Positions 39,239 through 51,904 of a DNA stretch of 64,000 nucleotides are shown here, in pieces; within the stretch, counting starts at the first letter, position 1; each line of letters opens with the position of its first letter. This DNA comes from Paraspadella gotoi (taxonomy: Eukaryota; Animalia; Chaetognatha): positions 28,119 to 92,118 of the forward strand of contig JBJCIZ010000275.1 of assembly GCA_051294375.1 (NCBI GenBank), in the 5' to 3' direction. The position numbers and the translations under genes are program-made. The notes beneath the pieces are model-generated. The model did not search any database and was not told the origin of the DNA. It saw nothing but the letters and a program-made list of their open reading frames with translations.

Positions 39239-40494
39239 TATGATAATCCTTTCTTTTCGTTGTTAAAGCTGATTTAGAGAAAAACAAAGTTTTATTAGTT
39301 TTCAACGAATTTGTTTTTTATTGGTAACAGACATGTTTCGGCTTTGGTTTTCAAGCCTTTCTTCCCAGTGTTGTTTAGTTTGTGAAATTAGACAAAAATA
39401 TTGTGCAAAATAAGAAGAGAGAAAGGAGAGAGAGAGAAGAGAGAGAAGAGAGAGAGAAAGGAAGTGAAAGTTTCCAACAAAAGTGGTGGAGACAGAACAG
39501 TGGTCAGAGGTGAGACAGGTAATTGAACACAGATTGAGTGAGTTTTTTGAAAAGAAATGAAAATTGTTAGAGAAGAAAGAGAAGAGAGAGAGATAGACTT
39601 AACAAGAGGATAATAAATAATTAAAAATATACATTGTGCAATGTACAACAGTGATAAATGTTTAAAAAAAAAAAAAAAAACTGAAAAGATTGTGTCGAGA
39701 ATTTTTAACAATGTGTAAAAGAGTGAATAAATAATTCAATATATGTTACTAATTAGCTAAAGAAATTTGGTGAAAATGTGAAGTTGAAAAATGAAAGAAA
39801 GTTTAGTTTTATATTTTTATTGCTATATAAGAGCCTAAAGAATTGAAATTTAAGGAGTAAGAAAGAGCTCAAAATGAGTCTGGCCCCCCTTGGTTGTGCA
39901 AAGGAAGGACATAGGGAGAGTGTGACCGAACTTGTTAAGTGTTGGACTGGGGATCTTTCCTTCTGGCTCAATCCCCAGTTCCAACACTTACACAGTTCGG
40001 TCACAGCTCTCCTTCTCAGCCACTGACGCCGCCAATGACCGTCACCATCCCCTATGGTCCTTCCTTTGCACAACCAAGTGGGCCAGCTTCATTTGAGCTC
40101 TTTCTTACTCCTTAAATTTCAATTTCCTTAGGCTCTTTATATAGCAATAAAAAATATAACCTAAACTTTCTTTCATTTTTCAACTTCAACATTTCACCAA
40201 AATTTCTTTAGCTAATTAGTACATATATTGAATTATTTATTCACTCTTTTACAATTGTTAAAAATTCTCCACCAATCTTTTTCAGTTTTTTTTTTTAAAC
40301 ATTTATCACTGTTGTACATTGCACAATGTATATTTTAATTATTTATTTATCCCTGTTTAAGTCTATCTCTCTCTCTCTCTCTTTCTCCTAACAAATTTCA
40401 TTTCTTTCAAAACTCACTCAATCTGTGTTCAACTTACCCTGTCCTCACCTCTGACCACTGTTCTGTCTCACCACTTTGTTGGAAACTTAACTTC

Positions 40495-40530
<36 letters not shown>

Positions 40531-40664
40531 TCTTCTTGCACAATATTTTTGTCTAATTCACAAACTAAAAACACTGAAGAAGGCTTGAAAAACCAAAGCC
40601 GAAACATGTCTGTTTACCAATAAAAACAAATCGTTGAAAACTAATAAAACTTTGTTTTTCTCTA
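39239..40664. mobile_element. Penelope-like element relic: two inverted pseudo-LTR arms forming a 1.4-kb palindrome
   Basis: Arms at about 39273-39915 and 40049-40664 are reverse complements, each with a hammerhead near its outer end. Flanked by the 15-bp direct repeat AAACATTAAACTTTA (39224-39238, 40665-40679). Confidence 0.78.
40569..40615 (+). ncRNA. Minimal type I hammerhead ribozyme (inverted, indel-damaged copy at about 39326-39372)
   Basis: AAACA-CTGAAGA-A-GGCTT..AAGCC-GAAAC-ATGTC|TGTTT: CUGANGA/GAAA core, helix I AAACA/TGTTT, palindromic ACATGT helix III, GUC cleavage triplet. Confidence 0.85.
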
Positions 40665-40901
40665 AAACATTAAACTTTAAAGGGTCGGAGCTGGGAGATG
40701 GAGTTGAAGCTGTCTCAAAATTTTTATTAGAGCTGGAGTTGGAGCTAGAGCCGGAGTTGGAGCTGAAAAATATTTTTGGCTGGAGCTGGAGTTGGAGCTG
40801 GAGCTGGAGAAAAAATGGCCAGCTTCACAACCCTGCATATAAATTATACAATACATATTATATATATGTTAATGTATTTTAATGTATGTTAATGTATACA
40901 T

Positions 40902-41306
40902 TAGAGTGATGTGAAAATAATAAAATTTTAGAAAATTAAAATTTAGCTTATAAAACATGAAAATAAAAACCAATAAAATACTTTGATGAATTTATTTTTT
41001 AATTTTATACATTAGTGAGCACCAGTGAGCTATATTTATATATAATATTAAGTATATAATAAGCTTAAATTTCAAAATCTAAATTTTTAAATTTTAAGAT
41101 CGGATTTAGATTCCTTGCAAAAAGTTTATCTAAGAATGTATAATTATTTTTTAAAATTTCTTTCATTATATACAAAGCTGACTGGGCTTTTAAAAAAAGA
41201 AAAATAACTACAGATAAGTATTCACTAATATGATAGTTTTCAAGATATAACTGCTAAATTTTGATTCTATGGCACCGCCGCAATTTCAAACTTTCACTTC
41301 ACCCTA
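40902..41306. mobile_element. hAT-like MITE (TAG termini)
   Basis: TIRs TAGAGTGATGTGAAA / TTTCACTTCACCCTA; imperfect 8-bp TSD (GTATACAT / GTATTAGA). Confidence 0.5.
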
Positions 41307-42240
41307 GTATTAGACGAGAATCTCGATTTAAAAAAGATTCAACATTTTTCTTATATAGATTTCCGTTCAAATCTGACTACCCAAATTGCAAACGCGATTG
41401 CCAAAAATCCGGGTAGAAATCAGTTGTAAAAACGCAGGATTCCGATAGCGTTACATCTGAAGAGCTTGTCCTATTCGTTTTTTCACATTTGATGAAGGAT
41501 TTGATATCAAACAAGCCAGGGGAAATGCACTCCTCATAGTCAGAGAATTTTCAAACCTCATTTTTACTATAGAAATGAAAGGGAAAGTTTACAAACTTAA
41601 AATTGCAAACGGGATTGCTATATGTTCCTGTTACATGAGAGACTTCGAATTTCGCGATTCCGATAGCTTTGTTTCTGAATAGCTTGTCCTATTTTTCATT
41701 TTTCATTTTATAATGATTTTGACATAAAATGATCAGGTTAAAATGAAATAGTCTGGTTTGAATCGCGAAATTTTTATTTAAAAGACATTAAAAGGAAGGT
41801 TTGAGAAAAAACTGTTTTTTCCTAATGTCTTTTGAAGAATAAAGATAAAGGGATGGCAATAGTACCAAAATGAAACCATAATCATAGGGCACTTACAAGA
41901 TACAATTTTTAGAATTTACTTATACTGAAACCTCTTACAGGGTAAGCGTGTCAACTAAGTCAAAATTTATAATGAATTTTAAAACTAAATGACACCCATA
42001 AGAATTAATGAAAATTAAATTATTTTTTAATGATTCTGAAAGAAAAAGGCTAAATTATACTCTAGTAAAACTTTAAAGTTTTTTTGGATAAAGAATGTGA
42101 ATTTTTTGTCACTTAAATATTTGCTTGTCTGATTTTACAAGCATGCTTACAAAATCTACAAAAATATTATTTACCCAAATCACAGCCTAAGTATTTATCC
42201 TTCTTTTCCACAGAAAAGTAAACATTATCTTATTATCTAC

Positions 42241-42510
42241 GTGGGCTGAAGATGACTATCCGTAACTTCTATAACCCCCTAGCAGCCTGGAACGGGTCCT
42301 GGGCTTGGAACCAGGCTTGAGGGTTTGCCAATGCCCCCAAGGCGGCTTACGGGCCGTTCCTCACGCTTTCCGCAGGGTAGGTACGGGTTGGGGATTGAAC
42401 CCGGTATCTAGTGGTCATGAGCTGATGGCTTTACTCAATGAGCCACCGGGTTCACAACTGAAAGTGTCATGATTCTAGGCGGGGTTGAACCTAGGCAATG
42501 CCCGACTACA
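42241..42510 (-). mobile_element. Family-2 tRNA/twister LTR copy, missing about 17 bp of the 3' end; twister at about 42286-42376
   Basis: Reverse complement of 32102-32363, with an intact GA-GGA..TAA-GCC-GC..CCTGG-TTCCAAGC-CCAGG core and P5 CCTGCGG/CCG-TTC-CAGG. Confidence 0.8.
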
Positions 42511-42601
42511 GATTTACAATTATTCCAGTCATTCTCTATCCAAAAATATAAAAATATTATGAAAAAAAGGTTTGGGATGCGACTATAGGAATTTGGTTCT
42601 A

Positions 42602-43189
42602 CTACTATCTAGGAAAAAGTTAGAAATATTTTAATTGAGGATATCTACTCGAAAACTTGCTCGATATTTTAAAAATCAGGATGTTTCAGATTTTACACTA
42701 AATTTCCTTTCAGTTGCTTCCTTCCATTTTTTCGTAGTTCCAACCGTATAGAAGTTAGAGGCAAATATAAGATTGCTACCTCAAGTGAGAAATGGCGGAA
42801 AAAATCGCTTTTAGTTTTCTCACAATTCTTGTATTGCTACGACGTAAGCAGTGGCATGCAATCATCATATCAACTTATTCTCTGGTTGGCGCGGGGACCT
42901 CCCCGATCTCATTCAATTAATCGCTTTGGTCGCAGTGAAAAAGATGCAGTCGAGAACGCGCAACATCAACATCGGGGCTGAAAGAATTGCGCTAAAGTGT
43001 GCGAAAAACATTTCCCCTTCGTTACCTCAATTCGCTTTACGAGAGCATGCCCAGACGAATGAGGCAGTGGTCGATGCCGAGGAAGGGCATTACCAATATT
43101 GAGAATGTTTTACCCATGTTTTGTATATTTTTTATTGAATAAATGACTTTAAAAAAAAAAATGTTTCTAACTTTTTTCCTAGATAGTAG
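42602..43189. mobile_element. Tc1/mariner-type MITE
   Basis: TIRs of about 28 bp (CTACTATCTAGGAAAAA(A)GTTAGAAA) flanked by TA on both sides. Confidence 0.7.
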
Positions 43190-43293
43190 TATACATTCTT
43201 ACGATTATCTGGACAATCTAAAATAAGTTATTGGATCCAAAGTATTTCGAAGTACTGTTATATGTTATTTTCAAAGCTTCTGTATCAACTTAC

Positions 43294-45543
43294 CTTGATA
43301 TTTATTTGCTGTTCCTCTTGGACAATCTTTCATTTCTTCAGCAGCAACCTGGTCAACATAAGATCCAGGAGGAGCTTTTACACAGCTGCTTCTCCCTTGT
43401 AAGGGCTGGAAAAATCCAATCATACAACTCCTACAACCAAGAGCTCCGACCCCTTTTTGATATGTTCCAGCTGGGCATAGTTTGCACTCACTGTCAGGAC
43501 TATCTGAATAACTACCTGCAGGACATGTACCATCGCAGGTTACAGCCCCTAAAAGAGTTGAATGAGAACCAGCTGGACACCGTTTACATTCGGACATTGC
43601 CGGTCTGTCTTGATGTGTTCCCATGGGACATAATTTGCATATTGCAGTTCCAAACTCGGTAGAATAATGACCCGGTTCGCAAGGATGACAAATGTGTTGT
43701 CCTCTATCAGGCTGCTCATATCCTCTTGGACATGGAGAACATTGTTTTAAACCATATGTGCTGCTTACAGTTCCTGATTCACACTGAATGCAGGAAAAAG
43801 ATCCAAAATTATTTGAAAAATGTCCAATATCACATTTCTGGCAACTCTCGGATCCTACATTATTACTAAATTGTCCTGGTTTACAACTTTTACAATATTT
43901 TGAACCTAATTTTTGAGTGTAGTGGCCCTTTGCACAAGAAAAGCAGAAGTCTGATCCAGTAAAATTTATGAATTTTCCTTTGGGACATGCTTGGCATTGT
44001 ATTGAACCAGCTGATTGTGAAAAATAACCCAGTGGGCATTTAACACAGGAATGATTTCCTACTTTGGATTTAAAGGTTCCAACTGGACATTTAGTACAAA
44101 GAGTTACATCTTCTGAAAGGATTTCATAACCTTTTGGACACATTTTTACACACGTTGTTTTTCCTTTATTTATTATTTTTAGATTTTTACAATCTCTACA
44201 TGCTGAAGCATCATAAGGATTTATGCATTCACCTCTTTTTTTGCATTGATCATGACAATCTAATCTACACATGAAATCAATAAGGGTCCATGGCTTTTCG
44301 CATTGCAATTTCCTGTGCCCTTGAATAACTTGTATGTTTAAAAAATCAACACTTTTTTCACCTGATCCAAAAGAATAAAACCGAAGTGGTTCTCTTATAC
44401 CTCCAGTATCGAACTCGGCAGTTGCAAAGACTCTGTTGTTTTCAGAATTCGGTTGCGATTTGCCGTACATTAGAATAAGATCATTGTTTGGTAAATGATG
44501 TATACAAACAAAAAAAGATTCAAAGAGGGAAGGATCACCAAGAGAACCAATACTAAGTCCAATTCTTGCAGTTACTTGCTTAAAACCTTTATAAAATCCA
44601 ACACCTTCAGAATTTATCTGTACATAATACCAAGTGGAATGAGTTTTAGGAACAGTAGCAAATATAATAAAGATATCGCCCTCAGTTGCTGCCATAAAGT
44701 CGATGCAGGAAAGATTTTTGCTTCTATCTATTGTATGAGTATTGGACCAATAAACGTTGCATGGAATTGCTCCAGAACGCTGACCTTCCTTTGTCATTGT
44801 TGAGTTGAAAAAAGAAATTTCAAGAACTCTTGCTGCCGGATAGTTTGCAAAGCCACTGTCAAGATCTGGGACAACTTTTGAGTTAACTTCAAAGTCTGAC
44901 TTTGTCATGACAAGAAATCCTGCAAGATCATAGCTGAATAAAACTCCATTGATACAAACCGGATGATTCAGGGAACCTACTTCTGGTAGTTCACAACCGG
45001 ATAAACTGTCAAATTTATAAGAATCAGGATAAAGGGTGTACCACTTTTTTCCTCGAAAAAGTATATCTACAGTCTGGTCTTTTTTAATGAGACTACCAAT
45101 GTCGTGAGGTAGTTGAAATTGAACTTTGAATTTCTCTGACTTGAGTTTAAAATATGATGGGTATTTTGTTTTGTTTCCGTTTCCAATATAAGCAAGAGTA
45201 TCTGTTTCACATCCAGGTTTTCCACCCTTTAATACAAATGATGAGGTTGGTGCTGGACCCTCCATCATGTATATAGCAATAGCTTGTTGTAAAGATCTCA
45301 ATTTTATTGTAAATTTTTCTTTAAAATCATCAAAGGATTTATATCTACAAAAAACTTTTTTTTCTATTAACTGAGAATAATTTCCAATAGGAATCTCTTC
45401 TAAACGAACATAATAATACAATCCAGTTTTTTCATCTTTTTTTAAATTCTTGATATATTCGGGATCCTGATTTACACAGCCAAAATCTTTATTACCAGTA
45501 GGGAACAAGGCATCCATATTAATGTTTAACAGGTTGTCAATTT
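43294..45543 (-). CDS. Large exon of a Cys-rich, probably extracellular protein: unknown N-terminal region, a beta-rich domain resembling farnesoic-acid-O-methyltransferase-like modules, a furin-like Cys-rich repeat, then tandem GCC2/GCC3 (ephrin-receptor-like) CxxCPxG repeats
   Basis: Uninterrupted 760-codon ORF (43271-45553) with about 14 CxxC(P)xG units. Splice donor CAAG|GTAAGT at 43294/43293 and possible acceptor TTTTAG| at 45544. Start and end of the gene are unresolved. Confidence 0.85.
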
Positions 45544-46845
45544 CTAAAAGCAATCATAAAGTAATCAATGAAAGAAAAGCAGTTTTTTGTTTTAATCTGA
45601 CTAAGGAAAATATTAAGACAATAACTACTCTGTATGGTTAGAAAATCAACTTTGAAATGCAAGATTCCAATAGAGAAGTGTCTAAACCCCTAATCAAATT
45701 TATTTTGTTTGCAGTTTTTTGCAGTTTTCATGTAAAACAAACAGGATTAAATCATCTACCAACTTAAATTCCTGAGGCAATAACACCATGATATATTTAC
45801 AAAATTGCTTTAAATCTTTGTCATTTCCGTAACCAAATATCTCAAGGGTTAGTCAATTTTTTTTTCCCAAAGCCATCATTTATCTAACGCACCAATCATT
45901 TCAAATGATTCAGATAATTGTTTAAATAAAAAAAAATATTCAATTGGTTAGTGAAGTTTGTGAGAAAGAATTCTGTAAATTACAAAAATGTCAATGATAT
46001 TTCTCGGCCGAAAATTCCATTTCTACTTTAGTAAACAAAGTAGTTTATATAAAAGGCATTGTTATTTTATTCTCGAACGCATTTCCCTTCGATGTTATAC
46101 TGAAATAAACTCTCGTTCACTTTTTTGGCTTCAAATTTTTTTCACTAAAAATTCCGTCCTCCACTTGGTGTTCAGCGCTGGTTCCGAATAAATTTCTTTG
46201 TCTCAAAGGAAATACTCGTTCTTCACTACCTAGATTTGTGGCGCATTAAAAAAAATAAAATCCCAAATTTACGCTTAGCACCAAATCTTTTCCAAATTTT
46301 TAATCGAGCCTACCGGCAAAGCCGGTTCAGGCTTGATATTGTTTCTGGTGAGGTTCTTTGTTACGTAGTCGTCGTCGTCGTCCTCGGCGTCACCCTTTTT
46401 TGTATAAAAACTACTGCGCTTTTATAGTTTTTTTTAAATAAAAATCATTATGAATTACAATGAAGTTTAATAAAAGTGTGCGATCATAGTAAGTTAAAAA
46501 TTTAAATATGGCTTCTAATCTTGAAATAGCTTTGAAATTTTCATATTACATTTGAATTTTTTGAGACAAAGAAGCTCACCCAAATCAATATCAAGCCTGA
46601 ACGGGCTCAATAAAATATCCACACAAATCTTGGATGTAAATTTGGGATTTTTTATTGAGAAAAAAGCGCGGAATAAATGGAAAAAAATAATCAGAAAGAG
46701 AGAGAGAGAGAGAAAGATAAAGAGAAGCTGGACAGCCACTAGACCGCCGCTGCAGAGCTGAACTCGTTTTTCGACGAATCTGAGTAGGGCCAAACTCTTT
46801 TCCTTTCTATAAATATATTTTATTTCCTTTGATTGATTTGATTGA

Positions 46846-46880
<35 letters not shown>

Positions 46881-46961
46881 TGGTGAACAGATGCATAAAA
46901 GCTAAGTGACAGAGAGAGAGAGAGAGAACGAGAGGTACAGAGAGAGACAAAGAGAGAGATA

Positions 46962-47114
46962 TGTGGATAAGGCGCTAAGTGGGCAGAAGATGACTATCCG
47001 TAACTTCTATAATCCCCTCAAGCAGACATGGAACGAGTCCTGGGTTTGAAACCAGGCTTGAGGGTTTGCCATGCCCCAAAGGCGGCTTACGGCCTTCTTC
47101 ACTCTTCCCGCAGT
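46962..47114 (-). mobile_element. 3' half of a family-2 tRNA/twister LTR with a mutated twister core
   Basis: Matches 32232-32380. The loop reads TTTCAAAC and the T1 partner is AGA, so pairing is lost. Confidence 0.75.
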
Positions 47115-48339
47115 GGAAGATAAACTAAAGTTTTTAGGAGTTTCCTCTATACCCTTCATTGAATATTCCCATAAATTTTTTGGTTACTCCTATTGTATCC
47201 TTTGAAGATGCGGTTGTCCCTCCCAATTCAAAGATGCATTTGGATGTTGAGCTTCTGCTTGATGGAGATCAAGCAAAGCTTGCCTATAATACAGTTATGA
47301 CAGATCCATTTCTTAACGAAATTATGAATCTCAGTGAACATAGTCACAAGACCAAGGCTGGTAATGTCTAGGGCTACACTGAATTCACAGATGAGTCATT
47401 GGGCGTTTTCGCATTGGAGACGGACAAGTTTTGTTCATTTGTGAATTACGATACAGGTTGAGACGGACGTTCCGGCAGGTTCAGTCGGTTCCGATGTCAA
47501 AGATGCGATTGATTCTCAATGACCCTTAACCCTCTACATCTAAACCCTTTCGTTGTCTGGAAACCCTGGATACATCACAATAATCTGGAAGTCCTCCCAG
47601 TTGTGATAGCGGTCCTTCAGATGTACTGGCGAGTTAACTGTCAGACCTTTTTAGTGATCCAGCTACCTTTAAAGTAAAATCTGAATCAGGGTCTGAGAGA
47701 ATTATAAAATCCACTTCTAGAAAAAGATGTCGATTCTTCTTCAGTGATGTTACAGAGTGGCTACAGACCCAGCTATTATATTATAGCTAAAAGCTCTTTG
47801 TTCTGTATATGAATCTTGCCCGTTAGTCTAGTTCTTACAGTAAATAATTTTATCACTGATACATATTTTATTTCTTTTATATCTCTTTTATCCATAAAAT
47901 TTTTAATGTTACAAAATACCCAGTGAAATGGATTGATTTCTTGATTTTATACTTTCTTTAACACATAATCTTTTCTGAGTCACGACATTGTTCAGTTTTT
48001 CTTAGCAGTTCAATTAGTATATATGTGAGTGAGATTGGGAACGTTTGTAGTTTGAATGAATTATTGTACTTGCTAGTTCTATCATTTTTAAGACTCTTTT
48101 TATAGCTCGACGTGCAAGCTAATGTTGAAATCATAATCCTTCTTTATAGCTCATTGGGTTAAACCATTCTCATTTGTCTTAGAATTTTATTATTTAATTT
48201 ATTTTGAGGAAAGCAAAAATAGAAATTATTTATCAGGATTGTGTCTTTTAAATTATTATATTGCTAGTTATATAAGCATTTTGTTTGATGATCAATTAAA
48301 TGGCTATCCCCTATCTGCCTCCTCTGCTGTGTGAAGGCG

Positions 48340-49028
48340 CGGAGCAGTCATAGGAACTCGGATACGAGAGACGGCGCTCGCGTCATCGTTGTCAACTCCG
48401 ATCTGCGACCTTCCCCCTCATCCTGGTTCCAAAAAGAGAATGAAAACGACGGATAAAGACCGCTACGAAAATTATGAGTACAAGCCTGAGCGACACAAAT
48501 TTTGTTTGGAAACAATTCATTGGGAAAAGTGTCCAGAAAGACGTTGATTCCATCGCTAAATTTCTCAGAGCTCCGTTTGCAGATCGCAAAAAGATTAAAT
48601 ACATCAACATCCCGAGCATGTATTGTTTTTGTTATAACCACTCTCGACGCCCCTCCCCTTTGTAGGATTGGGTTTCTTCGATGTCCTTTTTCGGCGTCTT
48701 GGGATCCCCTTCCCTCAAATACCTCTATCATTTCGTCAAACCAAACTACATTCTCGATAAAAGATCTTTCCATTGTAATCATCTTGCGGATTCCGATGAG
48801 AACAAATCCTTAGTTAAGCCTCCTCAAATTTGCTATGCAGCGCTGGATGCACTCATCAGTCTGCAGACAGCGCTCATGCTTTCGGAACGCATCGGGTTGC
48901 ACTTGGCCCATTTTCTACAAGTCATTTCTAATCCAAACAAATACCATTGTCCTTCTCTAAACTCTATTGTTCACGCTATGACCAATCCGCCATTGGCGAT
49001 CAGGAGAAGAGCAAACGTTGGCGACTAA
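48340..49028 (+). pseudogene. DEDDy 3'-5' exonuclease (WRN/EXD/mut-7-like) remnant
   Basis: KQFIGKSVQKDVDSI (ExoII-like)...SLKYLYHFVKPNYILDK...PQICYAALDALISL (ExoIII YAALDA). In-frame TAG at 48663 and upstream frameshifts. Confidence 0.7.
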
Positions 49029-49277
49029 AGAAAAATCGCGACGCCAGACTCAATGTCAATACAACTTATTTCAGACGCCCCAGCCCCCCCCAACTACCCC
49101 TCCTGCTCTCCCTGCTCTCTCTGCCCCAATCTCCACCTCGTCCAGTCCCACCTCCTTTCCTCATGTCGATCTCCATTCCCCCCCTCCCTGGCTCTACTTC
49201 AAACGACAAAGATCACATTAGAAACATTTACGTGCAATTGTGTCAATTTCAAAACGGAAAAATGTAAGCGTAATCAC

Positions 49278-50262
49278 TAGAGCGTTGAAAAATAACAAAA
49301 TATAACAAATCAAGTGAGGTACATAGCTATTTTAGTGTAATGTAGTCTGTAGAATTCAATGGTGATGACCATTTTTTTGTATAATTTTATCTTTCTTGTT
49401 GGAAATGAGGGTTTTTAATGTATATAAAGTTGTTATAAAATAGTAAAACCATTATAAGTTATGATAAATCAAATTATTAAAATTTTATAAAATTTATATG
49501 AGCTTTTGAAATATAAAAATAAAGACTTATAAAAATATTTTGGTAAGTTTATTTCTAAATTTTATATTTTATAAAAAGTTAGTTAACTATATTTATTAAT
49601 AATTATAAGTAAAAATTGGGCTAAAGTTAAAAAATAATAATTTCAAAATTTTTTTCTTGGATTTGGATTCTTTGAAAAAAGTTGATATAAGAAAATATAA
49701 TTTTTATATCAAAATTAGTATCATTAAGTTGGTCAAAATTCTGAAAACTATAATTTAAGCCAAAATTTGAAAAAATTAAACAAAAATAATAGTTTTTAAT
49801 ATTTTTAACCTACTTAATGAAAGAATTTTAAAATGGATAATACTTTCTTATATCAACTTTTTGTAAGGAATTCAAATCCGGTTTTAAAATTTTAAATTTT
49901 TTATTTTTCACTTTAGCTTATTTTTTATTATTATTTATTAATAAATATAGCTAACAAACTATTAATAAAATATCAAATTTGTAAAGAAACTTACCAAAAT
50001 ATTTATATGGGTCTTTATTTTCATATTATGTAAGTTAAATATGGCTTTTATAAAATCTTAATAATTTGAATTTCTTATAATCTACAATGTTTGCTACATT
50101 TTAATAGCACCTTATTTGCTGCAAAAATCGCCATTTCCGACAAAGAAGATGATACTATACAAAAAAATGGTTATCATCATCGAATTCTACAGACTTTATT
50201 ACACTAAAATAGCTATGTACCTCAAATTGATTTGTTATATTTCGTTATTTTTCAACGCCCTA
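49278..50262. mobile_element. Foldback hAT-type MITE (nearly the whole element is one inverted repeat)
   Basis: TAGAGCGTTGAAAAATAAC / GTTATTTTTCAACGCCCTA, with a perfect 8-bp TSD GTAATCAC (49270-49277, 50263-50270). Confidence 0.9.
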
Positions 50263-51339
50263 GTAATCACGCTAAGGCAAGGGATTTCATATCAAATCTC
50301 AATGCCAACAATCGCGACAATTTTATTTGTTCATTTTCTTCGATGGCGGCTTCATGCGTTGTGCCAACTTAAGTTTTTCTGTGTTCCCACCTTTATTCTT
50401 TTGGACTTATTTTTGCTTCAACCATGGGACGCGATGCGCAAACTTTATCGCGAAGACTCATCCTTCCCTCACCTCTCTCTTGATTAAAGCTTGTGGTGGA
50501 AAGAGTGGAGTGTATGGCGACACAAGCAATTTTGAGCCCAAATGTTACCTCCCCTTCAATACCCGCCTCCACAGTCTCGTTCCAGACTGCGGAGAGGACA
50601 CCATCATAAGTGAGAGGAGTGACATCTTTGATTTTCAGCGCGAATTGGAAAAAGTGCGCTATTTTATGGCGCTTTCTCATGTCCCTCTAAAGAATATTGG
50701 CGCCAAAGAAACTAATTTTCTCACATTTTGTGTCGGACGGCGCATCTTCCATTATTCTCCAGTCTTCACTCAACACTCTGTATTCACGTTTCAAAGTAAA
50801 CAGATCCAAGAGTTCTTCAATTGTCAACTTCACTAGTTTCCTTACCATGTTCTCAATGCCGCGGACACATGCATATCTCGCGGCCTTGTTCCCACGGTCG
50901 ATTTGTTGGCGGAATTCATTACCAAGGGAAAATTCTGCCATCGTGCCCATCCTCACTTCAGCGCGGAAGTCGTTCTTTCACTGCAAGCGCTTCGTCATTA
51001 AGCAATATTTGTATCGCTTGTGCAGGAATTCTGCGACCGGTGTTTTAGATTCGTTCCACGCTATTGAGAGAAAAAGAAGATGCAAAAACTCTCTTGAAAG
51101 ATCCCCAACTCAAAAACGACGCTGAGCGGGACGCTCAGATTTGATAAAGGGGAAAGTATCTGTTGGACATAAACTCTTGTCGTAATCCGTCGATCTTATT
51201 TACCTTTTGTAAAAGTCTTTAAAAATATAAACAATCGATATTTGTTTACAAACAATACAGTTCATTGTTATTTCAATGCTTTGTTCAATAATGATTTCAT
51301 TCATTACAGATCGCATTAATATTAATTAGCCATCGTCGG

Positions 51340-51420
51340 GGTTTATATAGTTGTTGGTTTATACAGTTGTTGGTTTATATAGTTGTTGGTTTATATAGTT
51401 GTTGGTTTATATGGTTTATG
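51340..51420. repeat. 16-bp minisatellite (GGTTTATATAGTTGTT) x4
   Basis: Units directly visible. Confidence 0.85.
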
Positions 51421-51904
51421 GTTTGTTATTTGGAGTTTATTATTACAGTTTTATGTTATTTGAATAGTGGCAAAGCCGAGCTTACCTGAGAGGTCTTTAT
51501 TTATTGATTCATCACCGATGCTTGTTTCTGCTTCTCTCGATCCTACATGCGTTATAGATACTCTCAGAAGGGTGAGCAAGAGACGGAAAACCCTGCACAT
51601 CACGAGATTTTTTAATCCTTGGTGGAGTCAGGCGACGGTGCTCTGCCTGCTGTTGGCTGGATGTCGTTGGGCAGTAGTCGGATTTCGTGTGGCTCATTTC
51701 TAGGAAGCGCAACCCTTACCTGGCCACCTCTGTTTGTAAAGGTGTGCGTTTCCAAGCTGCTCCCGTCGACGTGGACCTCGATGGTTGTGGTGATGGTGAA
51801 GACGTTTCGTGGTGGGTAATCCAATTTGTGGGGATAAGAAAGACTAGCCTCTTGGTTAGCGGGGTCAGAGTCATGGGGTGAGGTGGGGGGAGTGGAAAGC
51901 CAGT

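Larger units (their letters stand above)
39011..40836 (-). mobile_element. Terminal fragment of the (GGAGCT)n hAT-type family, interrupted by the Penelope-like insertion
   Basis: 39011-39238 plus 40665-40836 match the reverse complement of 58520-58950, ending in CACAACCCTG. Confidence 0.7.

Noticed and set aside
47159-47371. FKBP-like motif VVPPNSKMHLDVELL
   Set aside because: The rest of the FKBP fold is absent and the surrounding frames are broken; more likely chance or a retroelement pol linker remnant.
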